Part shown: positions 11,303 through 25,739 of the stretch, piece by piece
Numbering within the stretch: the stretch's first letter is position 1
Layout of the letters: each line of letters opens with the position of its first letter
From: Macrostomum lignano
Lineage: Eukaryota
NCBI GenBank assembly: GCA_002269645.1
Contig: NIVC01000420.1
Location: 372,001 to 436,000, forward strand
DNA length: 64,000 bases
Direction: 5' to 3'
Notes under the pieces: model-generated
The model's database searches: none
What the model saw: the letters and a program-made list of their open reading frames with translations, nothing else
What the model was told of the DNA's origin: nothing
Made by a program: the position numbers and the translations under genes

Positions 11303-12139
11303 AGTCCCAATCTAGATCCCAATCTTAGTCCCAATCCAGATCCCAATCTTAGTCCCAATCCAGATCCCAATCTTAGTCCCAATCCAGATCCCAATCTTAG
11401 TCCCAATCCAGATCCCAATCTTAGTCCCAATCCAGATCCCAATCTTAGTCCCAATCCAGATCCCAATCTTAGTCCCAATCCAGATCCCAATCTTAGTCCC
11501 AATCCAGATCCCAATCTTAGTCCCAATCCAGATCCCAATCTTAGTCCCAATCCAGATCCCAATCTTAGTCCCAATCCAGATCCCAATCTTAGTCCCAATC
11601 CAGATCCCAATCTTAGTCCCAATCCAGATCCCAATCTTAGTCCCAATCCAGATCCCAATCTTAGTCCCAATCCATATTCTGGTCTTAGTCTTAATCCAGA
11701 TCCCAATCTTGGTCCCAAATTCCCGTCTTAGCCCCAATCCAGATCCCAACTTTAGTCCCAATCCAGATCCCAATCTTATTCCCAATCCAGATCCCAATCT
11801 TAATCCCAATCCAGATCCCAATCTAGATCCCAATCTTATTCCCAATCTTAGTCCCGATCTAGATCCAACCTTAGTCCCAATCCAGATCCCAACCTTACCA
11901 GATCCTAACCTTAGTCCCGATCTAGATCCCAACCTTAGTCCCAATCCAGATCTCAACCTTACCAGATCCCAACCTTAGTCCCAATCCAGATCTCAACCTT
12001 ACCAGATCCCAACCTTAGTCCCAATCTATATTCCTCACTTAGTCCCAATCCAGATCCCAATCTTAATCCCAATCCAGATCCCAATCTTAATCCCAATCCA
12101 GATCCCAATCTTAATCCCAATCCAGATCCCAATCTTAGT
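11303..12139. repeat. 24-bp minisatellite (AGTCCCAATCCAGATCCCAATCTT), about 35 copies; homogeneous 5' half, diverged 3' half
   Basis: Tandem units are visible. Confidence 0.96.
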
Positions 12140-12489
12140 CAAGCGCCGATTCTTAACATTAAATTCTTAAAATTTATGTAATTGTCATTCAGCTGATAAC
12201 AGAATTTTGTTCAAGAATATTCTGTAAGTGTTCTTGTCTACGTCAAAAAATGTGAATTCTGTTAATTTTAAAAGGCCCTCAAAAAAATTCACTCCACCAA
12301 TTGCAGACTAAAGGTGGCTGTCAGCCTTAAGTTCGCAAAGAGCTGACGTCATTTAGCGTTTAAAAGTTCACGGCAACCTTGTCAGTTGACTCTCTGGCTT
12401 CTCTCAAGGCGTGTTTCCTCTTTAAGTTGCTTTCAAATTTCCAAAGTCGTTTATAAAAGAGAAGATTCCATCAAGGGTTGGTTTTTGTT

Positions 12490-12947
12490 AGCATTGGCGC
12501 CACAAGTGGCTTGTGTCAGCATTGGCCCCACAAGTGGCTTGTGTCAGCATTGGCCCCACAAGTGGCTTGTGTCAGCATTGGCCCCACAAGTGGCTTGTGT
12601 CAGCATTGGCCCCACAAGTGGCTTGTGTCAGCATTGGCGCCAATAGTAGTTTGTCAGCATTGGCGCCAATAGTAGTTTGTCAGCATTGGCGCCAATAGTA
12701 GTTTGTCAGCATTGGCGCCAATAGTAGTTTGTCAGCATTGGCGCCACCAGTGGTTTGTGTCAGCATTGGCACCAATAGTAGTTTGTGTCAGCATTGGCGC
12801 CAACAAGTGGTTTGTGTCAGCATTGGCGCCACAAGTGGCTTGTGTCAGCATTGGCCCCAACAGTAGTTTGTGTCAGCATTGGCGCCAACAAGTGGTTTGT
12901 GTCAGCATTGGCGCCACCAGTGGTTTGTGTCAGCATTGGCACCAATA
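12490..12947. repeat. About 26-28-bp minisatellite (GTGTCAGCATTGGC[C/G]CCACAAGTGGCTT)
   Basis: Tandem units are visible, with a period of 28 at the 5' end. Confidence 0.94.
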
Positions 12948-13375
12948 AGGCGCTATGCTAGAATGGACCAGACGAAACTCAGGAAATTCAGCCATCAGAA
13001 AACTTGAAGAAGGCATTCCGAACAGGAGCTACAGGAGGCGCAGGTTCGCACGCAACCGTTGCTTCCAATTTCAAAGAGTTTCTTTCGACAAGAAATTGCT
13101 CCAATTACAAGTGACTGATGCGTTGGTTGCGTGAGTGCAGATTGCCTGTTTGCTTGGCCTGACAGCGCGGCACGATAGGCAGGAATTTCGGACTAACATC
13201 TTAATTTTATTCTTTATTTTCGTCTCAGTGCCTCAGATTTCTCATTTCTCGTAATTCATTAGGAGTTTCTGCTCGAAAATTTTTTTCGCCTACTATTTAA
13301 TAGTAGTATAGAAAATTGAAGATAGTCCATTTAAATGCATTCTTTAAACGGGTACAAAGTTTATGCTCTCTGATA

Positions 13376-13977
13376 GACTCAGCTACAGACTTAGGCTGCC
13401 GGTTCTGCCGACTCAGAATCAGCTACCGAGTGAGCTACCGACTTAACTGCAGACTCAGCTACAGACTCAGCTACAGACTCAGCTACAGACTCAGCTACCG
13501 ACTCAGCTACCGACTCAGCTACCGACTCAGCTAAAGACTGAGCTGCAGACTCAGCTGCTACAGACTCAGCTGCAGACTCAGCTGCTACAGACTCAGCTGC
13601 AGACTCAGCTACAGACTCAGCTACATACTCAGCTACAGACTCAGCTACAGAATCAGCTACCGACTCAGCTATAAACTCAGCGAAAGACTGAGCTACAGAC
13701 TCAGCTGCAGACTCAGCTGCAGACTCAGCTACAGACTGAGCTGCAGACTCAGCTACAGACTCAGCTACAGACTCAGCTGCAGACTCAGCTACCGACAAAG
13801 CTGCAGACTCAGACTCAGCTAAAGACTCAGCGATGGACTGAGCTGCAGACTCAGCTACAGACTTAAATTCAAACTTAGTTACAGACTCAGCTTCCAACAT
13901 AGCCACAGACTTTTTCACCGTCCGCTGGAGGCTCAGCAGACTCAGCTACAGACTCAGCTGCAGACTCAGCTACAGAC
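13376..13977. repeat. 12-bp minisatellite (AGACTCAGCT[A/G]C)
   Basis: Tandem units are visible. Confidence 0.94.
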
Positions 13978-14251
13978 TAGTATCCACTGAGAGCTAAGCA
14001 GATGACAGTAGTGAATATGATTTAAAAAAACGAAAGTTATACTTTAAATATTGAATTAATAAAATCAGCCTTATTTGGATAGTGAACTTCTGTGCTTTAA
14101 TTGAAAAATATATTTAATATAATATACGTAGCTCTTAGTACACACTGAAATTGTTATAAATATTTGCCGTATAAAGTTATACCAGCCATCCAGATTTATG
14201 AAAAACTTCATTAGAGCTTCTCAAAAGTTTTACTGAATTCCATAATGATGT

Positions 14252-15120
<869 letters not shown>

Positions 15121-15630
15121 GGTTAAGTTAGAATATCACTTAAAAAGTATAAAAAACAGAATGATATGCTTTCTTCTTGGAAAGTTCGGTTGTCTTGTCT
15201 ATCGAATTTATATAAGCTTCATATTTGTAAGGTTCGCTCTTTGTCTGTCTGCTTCACGTGGCGACTGGCGCACAGAGGGGCTTGGGGGTTTGAGCTGAGA
15301 ATGGCTGTCGATTGTGCTCGGCATAGCCTTGCTCACGTTTTTTTTCTGCGACACGTGATTCGAGGGGTTGAGACGGGGTCTATTGTGACCTTTGGATGCA
15401 GTTGTAAATTTTTTTATTATGATTTTTTTAACTAGAATAGCAGCACTCAGCATTGCTTGGACACTTTTTTAGCCGCTAAATGTGGCAGGGTAGCCTCTCT
15501 CTATGTCTCAACACAGCTCTGTGTGTGTAAAAGTTCCATTAGGTGGTCAGGCAGCAGGGTTGAGTTAATATTGCTAATTAAACTCACTTCTAGCAATGTG
15601 TTTAGTGCTTTCTTTAAGAGAAAAACTGTT

Positions 15631-16070
15631 TTCAGTCCCTGTCTACAGGTGTTCAGTCCCTGTCTACAGGTGTTCAGTCCCTGTCTACAGGTGTTCAGTC
15701 TCTGTCTACAGGTGTTCAGTCTCTGTCTACAGGTGTTCAGTCTCTGTCTACAGGTGTTCAGTCCCTGTCTACAGGTGTTCAGTCTCTGTCTACAGGTGTT
15801 CAGTCTCTGTCTACAGGTGTTCAGTCTCTGTCTACAGGTGTTCAGTCCCTGTCTACAAGTGTTCAGTCTCTGTCTACAGGTGTTCAGTCTCTGTCTACAG
15901 GTGTTCAGTCTCTGTCTACAGATGTTGAGTCTCTGTCTACAGGTGTTCAGTCCCTGTCTACAGGTGTTCAGTCTCTGTCTACAGGTGTTCAGTCCCTGTC
16001 TATAGGTGTTCAGTCCCTGTCTACAGGTGTTCAGTCCTTGTCTACAGGTTTTGAGTCTCCATCGACAGGT
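15631..16070 (+). repeat. 21-bp minisatellite (TTCAGTC[C/T]CTGTCTACAGGTG), about 21 copies
   Basis: Tandem units are visible. It is the reverse complement of the array at 17188-18945. Confidence 0.96.
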
Positions 16071-16076
16071 TCTGAG

Positions 16077-16667
16077 TCTATGTACAGGTGCTGAGTCTAC
16101 GCTCGTATGTACAGGTGCTGAGTCTACGCTCGTATGTACAGGTGCTGAGTCTACGCTCGTATGTACAGGTGCTGAGTCTATGTACATGTTCTGAGTCTAT
16201 GTACAGGTGCTGAGTCTATGTACAAGTGCTGAGTCTATGTACAGGTGCTGAGTCTACGCTCGTATGTACAGGTGCTGAGTCTATGTACAGGTGCTGAGTC
16301 TATGTACAGGTGCTGAGTCTATGTACAGGTGCTGAGTCTATGTACAGGTGCTGAGTCTATGTACAGGTGCTGAGTCTATGTACAGGTGCTGAGTCTATGT
16401 ACAGGTGCTGAGTCTATGTACAGGTGCTGAGTCTATGTACAGGTGCTGAGTCTATGTACAGGTGCTGAGTCTATGTACAGGTGCTGAGTCTATGTACAGG
16501 TGCTGAGTCTATGTACAGGTGCTGAGTCTATGTACAGGTGCTGAGTCTATGTACAGGTGCTGAGTCTATGTACAGGTGCTGAGTCTATGTACAGGTGCTG
16601 AGTCTATGTACAGGTGCTGAGTCTATGTACAGGTGCTGAGTCTATGTACAGGTGCTGAGTCTCTATC
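16077..16667 (+). repeat. 19-bp minisatellite (GTACAGGTGCTGAGTCTAT) with 27-bp variants, related to the adjacent 21-mer
   Basis: Tandem units are visible and share the ACAGGTG..AGTCT core. Confidence 0.95.
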
Positions 16668-17187
16668 TACATTTTCTCCGTCAGCTTCAATTTTCCTTTA
16701 CAATTGTTATTTATTCCTATTAGTAGGCTGATAGAAGCATTAATATTTGGCGCACAGATTTTTTTGTATTAATCTACAGATCGAGCTACTCTCAGTTTAC
16801 AGAAAAAAACAGATTATATAATCAATAATGGCCCGGATTTCACTTAGTTCATTCTGCATGAAGCCTAGCAAAAATTATGCTAATGTGGTTCAGAATCCAC
16901 ATTAGTTCGCGATACCTGAGTCATCGCGGGGACATGGGGCCTTGACCCGTGCCCTGCCACTTTGTGCGACTTTGTTAAACCCCAGTAATTAATCCGGCAA
17001 TGTAAAACTTTGCCTTCCATGATTTTTTCGATACAAATATGCTAATTTTTTATTGGACTGTGGGGAAGACCTTTGAAAGAAAACTTTTCTGCTAAAATTA
17101 CCTGCCTATGTTTGCACGCCATCTGTAAAGGTTCCTAGTGCGGTGAAAGATAAGCCTATGGTTCAGTAGTTTTCTAACATTATTAAG

Positions 17188-18945
17188 TGAACACCTGTAG
17201 ACAGGGACTGAACACCTGTAGACAGGGACTGAACACCTGTAGACAGAGACTCAACACCTGTAGACAGAGACTGAACACCTGTAGACAGGGACTGAACACC
17301 TGTAGACAGAGACTGAACACCTGTAGACAGAGACTGAACACTTGTAGACAGGGACTGAACACCTGTAGACAGGGACTGAACACCTATAGACAGGGACTGA
17401 ACACCTGTAGACAGAGACTGAACACCTGTAGACAGAGACTGAACACCTGTAGACAGAGACTGAACACCTGTAGACAGAGACTTAACTCCTGTAGACAGGG
17501 ACTGAACACCTGTAGACAGAGACTGAACACCTGTAGACAGAGACTGAACTCCTATAGACAGGGACTGAACACTGGGAGACAGAGACTGAACACCTGTAGA
17601 CAGACTGAACACCTGTAGACAGAGACTGAACACCTGTAGACAGAGACTGAACACCTGTAGACAGAGACTGAACACCTGTAGACAGGGACTGAACACCTGT
17701 TGACAGGGACTGAACACCTGTAGACAGACTGAACACCTGTAGACAGGAACTGAACACCTGTAGACAGGGACTGAACACCTGTAGACAGGGACTGAACACC
17801 TGTAGACAGAGACTCAACACCTGTAGACAGAGACTGAACACCTGTAGACAGGGACTGAACACCTGTAGACAGGGACTGAACACCTGTAGACAGACTGAAC
17901 ACCTGTAGACAGAGACTGAACACCTGTAGACAGAGACTGAACTCCTGTAGACAGAGACTGAACTCCTGTAGACAGAGACTGAACTCCTGTAGACAGAGAC
18001 TGAACACCTGTAGACAGAGACTGAACTCCTGTAGACAGGAACTGAACACCTGTAGACAGGGACTGAACACCTGTAGACAGAGACTGAACACCTGTAGACA
18101 GGGACTGAACACCTGTAGACAGAGACTGAACACCTGTAGACAGGGACTGAACACCTGTAGACAGGGACTGAACACCTGTAGACAGAGACTGAACACCTGT
18201 AGACAGAGACTGAACTCCTGTAGACAGAGACTGAACACTTGTAGACAGGGACTGAACACCTGTAGACAGGGACTGAACACCTATAGACAGGGACTGAACA
18301 CCTGTAGACAGGGACTGAACACCTGTAGACAGACTGAACACCTGTAGACAGAGACTGAACACCTGTAGACAGAGACTGAACACCTGTAGACAGAGACTGA
18401 ACACCTGTAGACAGGGACTGAACACCTGTAGACAGAGACTGAACACCTGTAGACAGAGACTGAACTCAGCTGTAGACAGAGACTGAACACCTGTAGACAG
18501 AGACTGAACACCTGTAGACAGGGACTGAACACCTGTAGACAGAGACTGAACACCTGTAGACAGAGACTGAACTCCTGTAGACAGAGACTGAACTCCTGTA
18601 GACAGGGACTGAACACCTGTAGACAGAGACTGAACTCCTGTAGACAGAGACTGAACTCCTGTAGACAGGGACTGAACACTGGGAGACAGAGACTGAACTC
18701 CTGTAGACAGGGACTGAACACCTGTAGACAGAGACTGAACACCTGTAGACAGAGACTGAACTCCTGTAGACAGGGACTGAACACTGGGAGACAGAGACTG
18801 AACTCCTGTAGACAGGGACTGAACACCTGTAGACAGAGACTGAACACCTGTAGACAGAGACTGAACTCCTGTAGACAGAGACTGAACTCCTGTAGACAGG
18901 GACTGAACACCGGGAGACGGAGACTGAACACCTGTTCGAGACAGG
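17188..18945 (-). repeat. 21-bp minisatellite in inverted orientation (CTGAACACCTGTAGACAG[A/G]GA), about 84 copies
   Basis: Tandem units are visible. It is the reverse complement of the 15631-16070 unit. Confidence 0.96.
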
Positions 18946-20265
18946 GACCGAGCAGAATTAGGTAATGTTGTACACTACCTTATCCGGGTGTCCAGGTGTA
19001 AATACATGGGACTCAATAAATTTCAATAAGGTACTGAACACCAGAGATTATACATTAAATTAACGAAAAAATAAGATTTATTAATGACTGAGGTTGAACC
19101 AAATAACTTTAATGTTTTTATTGAGTTTTCTTTAACTAAAAGTTGTCAGATTTTGTTCTCAAGACACCGCTTCAAGGAGACTAACTTGAACTGAAAGTTG
19201 CAGTCAGCCCTCTTCAACTTAAAGTTTGCAACGGTAAAGCTAGAAAATATTTTCATAAAAGTACACTGCGAGTTAAAGACGGGAGTTGCCGGCGCAGCTA
19301 TTGAATAAAAAACTGTCAATATTCGCTAACTGGGCCCGCGCAATCGAGGTTAGATAGACGAGATTTCAAACAAAATATACAGAAGCAAGCTCACAGAGCT
19401 GCACTGCTCTTAGCTCGCGGTGTACTGCTTGGTCCAGCAAAGGTAAAAAAAGCAATATAATGAAGCCAAGATACAAGTATTACGAACAACAAAAAGAGAG
19501 AGAAAAATAAATGTCAATCATATTCAATTTGTACGCGATTGAGAACAAACGATAACTAAACACTATATGCACGAAGGTGAGATGCCGTCTGGATGACCTT
19601 AAAGCACACTGCTTACTGTGAGTTGGAGAGAGATGACGCTAAACATGCAGTTTATAGATTAGTTTAGTGATGACGCAAGCAACCCCCATATACTGTAGTA
19701 TTTCAATCATTCTTTGAGGCTGATTTGTCAGGCAATTTAATTTTTATAGAAAACGAACGAGCAGGAGGTAGGGGCTCTTTCAGCACAATGCAGGGTGCAA
19801 CATTTCTCAAGCAGAAGAATAAAAATATAGCAGAGATTCGTTCGGAGCAGAGCTGTCTTCTTTAACCACTTGATTATCAACTTGGCTGAATTTTTTTGCT
19901 GAATGCATCATTATAGGAGAACCTGTCTCTGGAGTACCGGTATTTTCTCAATAGAAGTCAATAAGCTTGTAAAACTAAATTGTACCTAACGCACATTTCT
20001 GCCCCTGAATGATCTTCGGAAGTTCAGAAGGCGAGGACCTAGCCAATTAAGCGTGTAGAAAAACATGCAAAAACATTTAGCCCGCAAAGTGCTTCAAGAA
20101 CTGAAAATATTCTCCTTCGGCAATGCTTTCCGAAACTCGATTAGTTTAATGAAATTTTCAACACTCCAATCGACAATGGGATTCTATCGAGACGACGGTG
20201 GCGGCATCCTTTGCCATCTCGGTCACCAGGAGTTGCTGGTTAAAAATATAGTTTAATTGCAAGAG

Positions 20266-22324
20266 TCACCGACAGCCGCAATAATCCACTTCCATGTCGT
20301 CGAACGACTTCAGCACGACCTCGTTGTGGCTGCCCTGGTACAGGATCGTCTTGGGCCGCAGCTTGGCGGGCACGCAGGTTGGCGGGCTGGCCTGGCCCGG
20401 CCGGCTGCTGTGCAGGGTCATCTGCAGGATGGCGTGGTTCGTTGCGTTGAACACGTCGCTCAGCGGGAACGGGCACTGTCCGGAGCAGGCGCCGGCGTCG
20501 AAGCCCTGCGGCGCGATGATCCAACTGTCCCAGCCAATCTCGGCGAAGTCGACGTACAGCGGGCGACGCTGGCAGACCGCGGCCAGGTCTGAGGCCACGT
20601 GCGGCAGCTGCTGCCCTGAGGTGCCGCTGCTGTACCGGCGCCTCCTCCTGCCGCCGCCGCCGCCGTCCCTGCGACGTCTCCTCTGGGCGGAGTGTCGAAC
20701 TTCTCGACGCTGCCGACTCCGATGGTAAGTGACCAGCTGCGGTGGCTCAGCAACATCTCGCCGACGTCGAGAGTGAACCGACGTGGCCGGCGTCCAGGTG
20801 CCCTCGGTGGCCGGACTCGCGGGTCGGACGGACAGACGGACGGCGATTCGTCCATGATCGGCTCGGCGGCAGGATTCGAACTCGTGTCTGTCCAGCTGCA
20901 TGGCGAGTTCGCTGGCTCCGGCTGGAAGCAGGCCGACACCGGCCGGCCGGTCGCAGAGGTGAGCGGACACCCGGTGAGCGAGGAGGCTGCGACCCCGTCT
21001 GTGTAGTTCGAGGCCTCTGCGATGGAGGCGGAGGTGTACAGCTTCCGGCTGCTCCGCGGCATCCAGCAGAGAAGAAGCGTTGAAGGTAGCAAGATCTGGT
21101 CTAGGCGTTCCTGTTGCAAGGACAAATGGAAATTGGGATCACTTTTTTGTCTGCTTTTCGTAGTTCCAGAAAGTTACAAAGAATTATCCAGTCAACTGAC
21201 CCGCGGCGTGTGGTGGTGGACGCGAAAATGGATAACTCATGTCCAGCAACTTTTTCTCTGCGTTTATCCCGAAATCAAGATTCCAGCAGTCATCTCCACA
21301 GTGTCTCATGCGGAGGTCCGGACCCTGGCCACCCGGGCTGACCCGCCATCCACCTACCCCAGCGACCGCCAGACAGGCACTTCAAATCATAGCATAACGG
21401 CACAGTCGGAAATACTTCCAGTTTTGTGTCAGCCATTAAGACCAAAATAATTCAAGTTGTTATTTTTGTCTCCGAGCTCATTAAGTCTCCGGGCCTTTTT
21501 ACTGGTCCCAAGTTTCTTTTGTTAAAATCGAAACACTCGTCCAGATTTTGATCTGAGGCTTGGATCTTTTTTGTGTCGGGAGGCACCTGCTTCACTAATT
21601 ACACTGAACTTTCCATTTTGGAGTCAGTCCACGTGTGGCAACACTCTGCTTTGAAATTCTGTTGTCATGGTAACGGATGGCAATCTGAGACCTGCGCTTA
21701 TCGAGAAATCTAAATGTCAAAATAGATTCGTCAATAGTTAGGTAAGAAAATTGGAGTAAATCTGACGCTAAGGACTACTTAACAACATCGTTTTGATAAA
21801 TATACATGTAGTCTTTGTCTTCTAGAGTCTTTGTATCATAAATGTTTCTAGCCAGGCCGTCATTTGACGGTTGCAAAGCTTACTTAAGCCAATTTTCAAG
21901 GGCTACAGTTCCCGTACCCAGAGATCGGAATTGTTGGCGAGATGGCAAAATCTTGAGCGGCGAGGCCCACATCTACGAGCTTAATTGGCCTCGCAGCTCA
22001 ACCCGAGCGCTCACCAATAAGTCCGTGGCTCACAACGGAGCTCACAGCGCCGCGAATCTCCGGCACGCCATCCTCCGGCCCCAGCCAGATATCCGGTTGG
22101 TCTCGCATCAGCCGGTACATCTGGCGCATATGGTCGCTTGTTGATCGCCATGTCGATAGCGGCGACGCTGGCGACGGTGTCGGGCGGGCGGCAGCCACGG
22201 CCAGCAGTTCGGTAGCGGAGGAGTTCGGCAGCTCGGCTGAGGTAGCCAGCAGCAGCAGCGACAGAAGCTGCAGCAGCAGCAGCGGCTGTGGCAGCTGCGG
22301 CAGCGATACGCGAGTTCGCTGCAT
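20266..22324 (-). CDS. BMP2/4(Dpp)-like TGF-beta family ligand, 384 aa; exons 22324-22015 and 21110-20266
   Basis: Signal peptide (LLLLQLLSLLLLATSA), a phase-1 intron (G|GTGAGC...CAACAG|GA), the prodomain motif FNASSL..VHLRLH and polybasic furin sites. The mature domain is CQRRPLYVDFAEIGWDSWIIAPQG..CSGQCPFPL..NATNHAILQ..TCVP..CGCR. Confidence 0.93.
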
Positions 22325-25300
22325 CTGCGGGGTCCGGTTATAAATTCTCGGTAGACAAAGTTTCTCTCTAAGCCACTTGCTTGTTTGTGCGTCTGTCTGT
22401 CTGCCTGCCTGTCTGCCTGTCTGTCTGGCTTCTCTTGTACGCCTTTATTAGCGAGTCTGTCTGTCGACTCGAGATAATGCTTTAATTCTCGACCAAAAAA
22501 GCACAAGACTACCGCTGGTCTCCAACCAAAACGCAAGGCGGGCTCCGAACTGGCGCCGGGGCTTTAATTTTTTTGGCGACGACGAGATGGCTGGGGCTGC
22601 GAGGGGGAGGCCGCCCTTCCTATGGCGTGACGGCCCCAGGTGGGGGCACGCAGAAGGGAGAGACGGGACCGACTTTTGGCACTTAGCCATTGGCTTGAAG
22701 CTTTGCGGGAACGGAGTGGGTGGGGCAAGAGGGGAGAAAGAAGCGAATGCCGATTTCGGCTGCCCACGCTCCATCGCCCCCCTCTCTATCACTCTGAGAC
22801 ATTTTTGCATTACAATGCAATAATGGCCTCCCTGACAGCTCGGAATGGCTCACTTATGGTTCAGGCGAGCGGTCACTTCTGACGGCAAAGCTTTCCAACG
22901 TTATGTCTCTAATTGTTTTAGACGTGACACGTTTACTCAATATTCGAAGCCTCCAAAAACCCCCTGACTCGCTTCATCACTTTTCGCTTAAGGGTGTATC
23001 CGACGATGTCGCCCAATTCTGTTTGGCTCGACCCCTCATTGAACAGGCCGGCCCGCGGCCTCTCTAAGTGGCCAATGCAGGCTACAATGGTTCGCTGGCC
23101 TGAAAGTTATATTGCAGCTGAACAAACGCACTGCATGGTTTACCGACCCCAACGCCTGCAACATCTCTGCAGACGTCTCTGGTCTTTGTTGACTTTTTCT
23201 CTGCCATATATCTCTGGAATAGTTACCACAATGTTGTAACAGCTCGCGTATAGAACTATAACTTCAGGAAACAAAATTCTACACTTGATAGCAAGCTAAA
23301 GTTTTACAGCATTACATATGTTGAGGCTAATTTAAACTGCAAGATAACATTGTCTTATTTATGCTAGGTATTTGACGACTTGTAATTATAAGTCATTTAT
23401 CGGTCCTCGCGAGTTGTCTTCGACAATCTTTTCGATGAAGGTTTTGGGATTCGTTAAGAAATTGGCTGTTGCATTCAAAAAGGTGCATAGGGAGGTAAAG
23501 CTGAAACATGTTGCCAGAGGGCATCACAGACCAGGCTAATGGCCAAGTGATGGCAAACTGCCAATCTGCTGTCAGGTGAGAATTGCAACTGTGTGACCAA
23601 ACAAACACAAATTATCAGTGAATAAGAGAATGTCAGACTGTCGCTATTCCTCTGTTTCCAACAAGTTAAATGCGGATGACGAAAGAAAGGTTAAGCGTGC
23701 GGTTGTCTCCCTGGTCATTCATTTCTTTAGTGAAGTCGTCTCTTTGGGATACTGGCGGGCGTATAGGGATTTTTTTATTGACGGTCAGAAGTTTTACTGC
23801 GAACAGAATCGTCTCTTAATTGATAATAACGTTGCCAACGAGCAACAAATCGAGAGCCTGTTGTTCAAAGTTGTCTTTCATAAATGGATTTGTGACAGCC
23901 CCCCACCAATCGGCCCCTACTTGATTTCGCAACTGGCTCGTGTAAATCATGGCAAGCTGTGCTGACACAAAATCCTGAATTCAACGTTTAGAAATTCTCG
24001 TCCTCTCTGCACCTACTCCTTTTAGCAGTAGTATGTTCGAAATTTGGTTAACCAAATAGGGCCATAGTGATCACGGTATGATCATGTCTGGTTGCCAATT
24101 ACCCGAGTCTGCAAGCAGTGCACTTGCACTCCTCGCATTATTCTGGGCTGCTAGCTACTTATTGAATTAATTGAATGTCGTAGCATTGTCTTGTTAAATT
24201 TTATTATGCCTTGTGAGAAGACGAGAAAGATGTTAGCTCGTATTCCATTTTTTAAACTATTTTTAACCATTTTTAACCATTACTTTAATGGTTACCATTA
24301 AAGGGATATTCCGGTGTTCAACGAGTCACATGAGGCTTTTTTACTTCCTGCAGTATGCGTATCAAATCAAACGTCGATTCGCAGTGCAACTGTCGTGCGT
24401 AGACACACTCGAACGGAGGTGCAGTGCACAGCGGCCCTGACTTTCTGTTTGCTAGGCAATAACACCGTGCATTGATTGTTGGACCCTCGCGGGCGTAAAT
24501 CCAAAGCCTTTAGTTAATTTGCCCGAACACTGAATTGAATCCAGTGTTGAATCCAGTGTCCATCAAGAGTAGTTGCCATTCACCCCCATCTGGTTGATCG
24601 TCTTGAGATAAGAATATTCAGATATAGGAGGTAGACAATATTTGAATATTGAGAATTCCTGATGAGAAAATTCGCGAGAAAGAAAGGGGGAATCATTGAC
24701 TGAGGATCCTAATTATTTTGGGATTTTTGTCAGCATCTGATGACGATTCTTATACTCGTAGTCCGTAGCCCAATAGTATTTATTTGCGACAAAAACAACT
24801 TTTCAAAATGCGTAACTTACCAAACTGTTGCCTAACGTGAAGAGTAGCATGTGACCAACAAATATTTTTTGTAGAGGCAAGGATTAGCCGATCGTCGGTC
24901 CTGGTTACCAAGGTGAAGGTTTTATACACAGTCTTGGGCACCGCCCACACTGCTGCCTGATGGATTTCTCTTGACTTGACAGGCAATGAGCGGATGAGGG
25001 ATTAGCTTGATCAATCTATGAGAAAAGCAAAGCGATCAAGGCTGAGGGGTGCTGGTGGCGTAGAAACAGTTTAATCTCAGTAGAGCCAAGAGTGACGCCT
25101 AGCCGAGCGGCTTTTTCCAAATATGTCGCGCTCCTTTGGTCAAGAGATCCTCGCCCATGCAGAGGAGTGGCCACTTATACTCGTATGCCCTCGCAGCCGG
25201 ACAAGAAGTCACGGCGAGAAATAGTAACAGCGCCAAGTGGCGGACGGTCGACACCTTTGCAGTTGCCGAGGCTGGGCGAGGCGGAGGAGGCCGGGAGGAT

Positions 25301-25699
25301 GCGCAGAAAAAAGCAAAATAATCAACCGATGCTCTACACCAAAGCCAGCGCCTCCGACAGATAGAGGAACAAAAAATTAGTTTAAAGAAGAAAGCAGGAC
25401 GCGCCCAATTATCCCGGATGGGGAGGCGGCTCTGGAGAGCGAGAGAGGAAGGGGGAAACCAAGGGGAGCTGAGGAATTTAGGTAGGAACCGCTAGAATAA
25501 CGGCAGGAGGGGTCGGGAGACGAGCTGCATTGGCTGGAGGGTCCGAGCCGTGGTGGGATGGGGTTTGGAATCGAAGATCAAGGGCATCGATGCATCAACT
25601 GGGACGCCACAAGCGGCGCGTCTTGGCGAGGTCCCCATCGCAAATATCCCACTCTCCCATACAGGCGATCGTTTTCAGCCGAGCAGAAAGCGAAAGAGT

Positions 25700-25705
<6 letters not shown>

Positions 25706-25735
<30 letters not shown>
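25706..25735. repeat. (GA)n microsatellite
   Basis: About 15 GA units are visible. Confidence 0.95.

Positions 25736-25739
<4 letters not shown>

Noticed and set aside
22322-22335. CCCGCAG immediately before the BMP ATG as a possible trans-splice acceptor
   Set aside because: It cannot be distinguished from a cis-spliced 5' UTR intron or from chance without transcript data.
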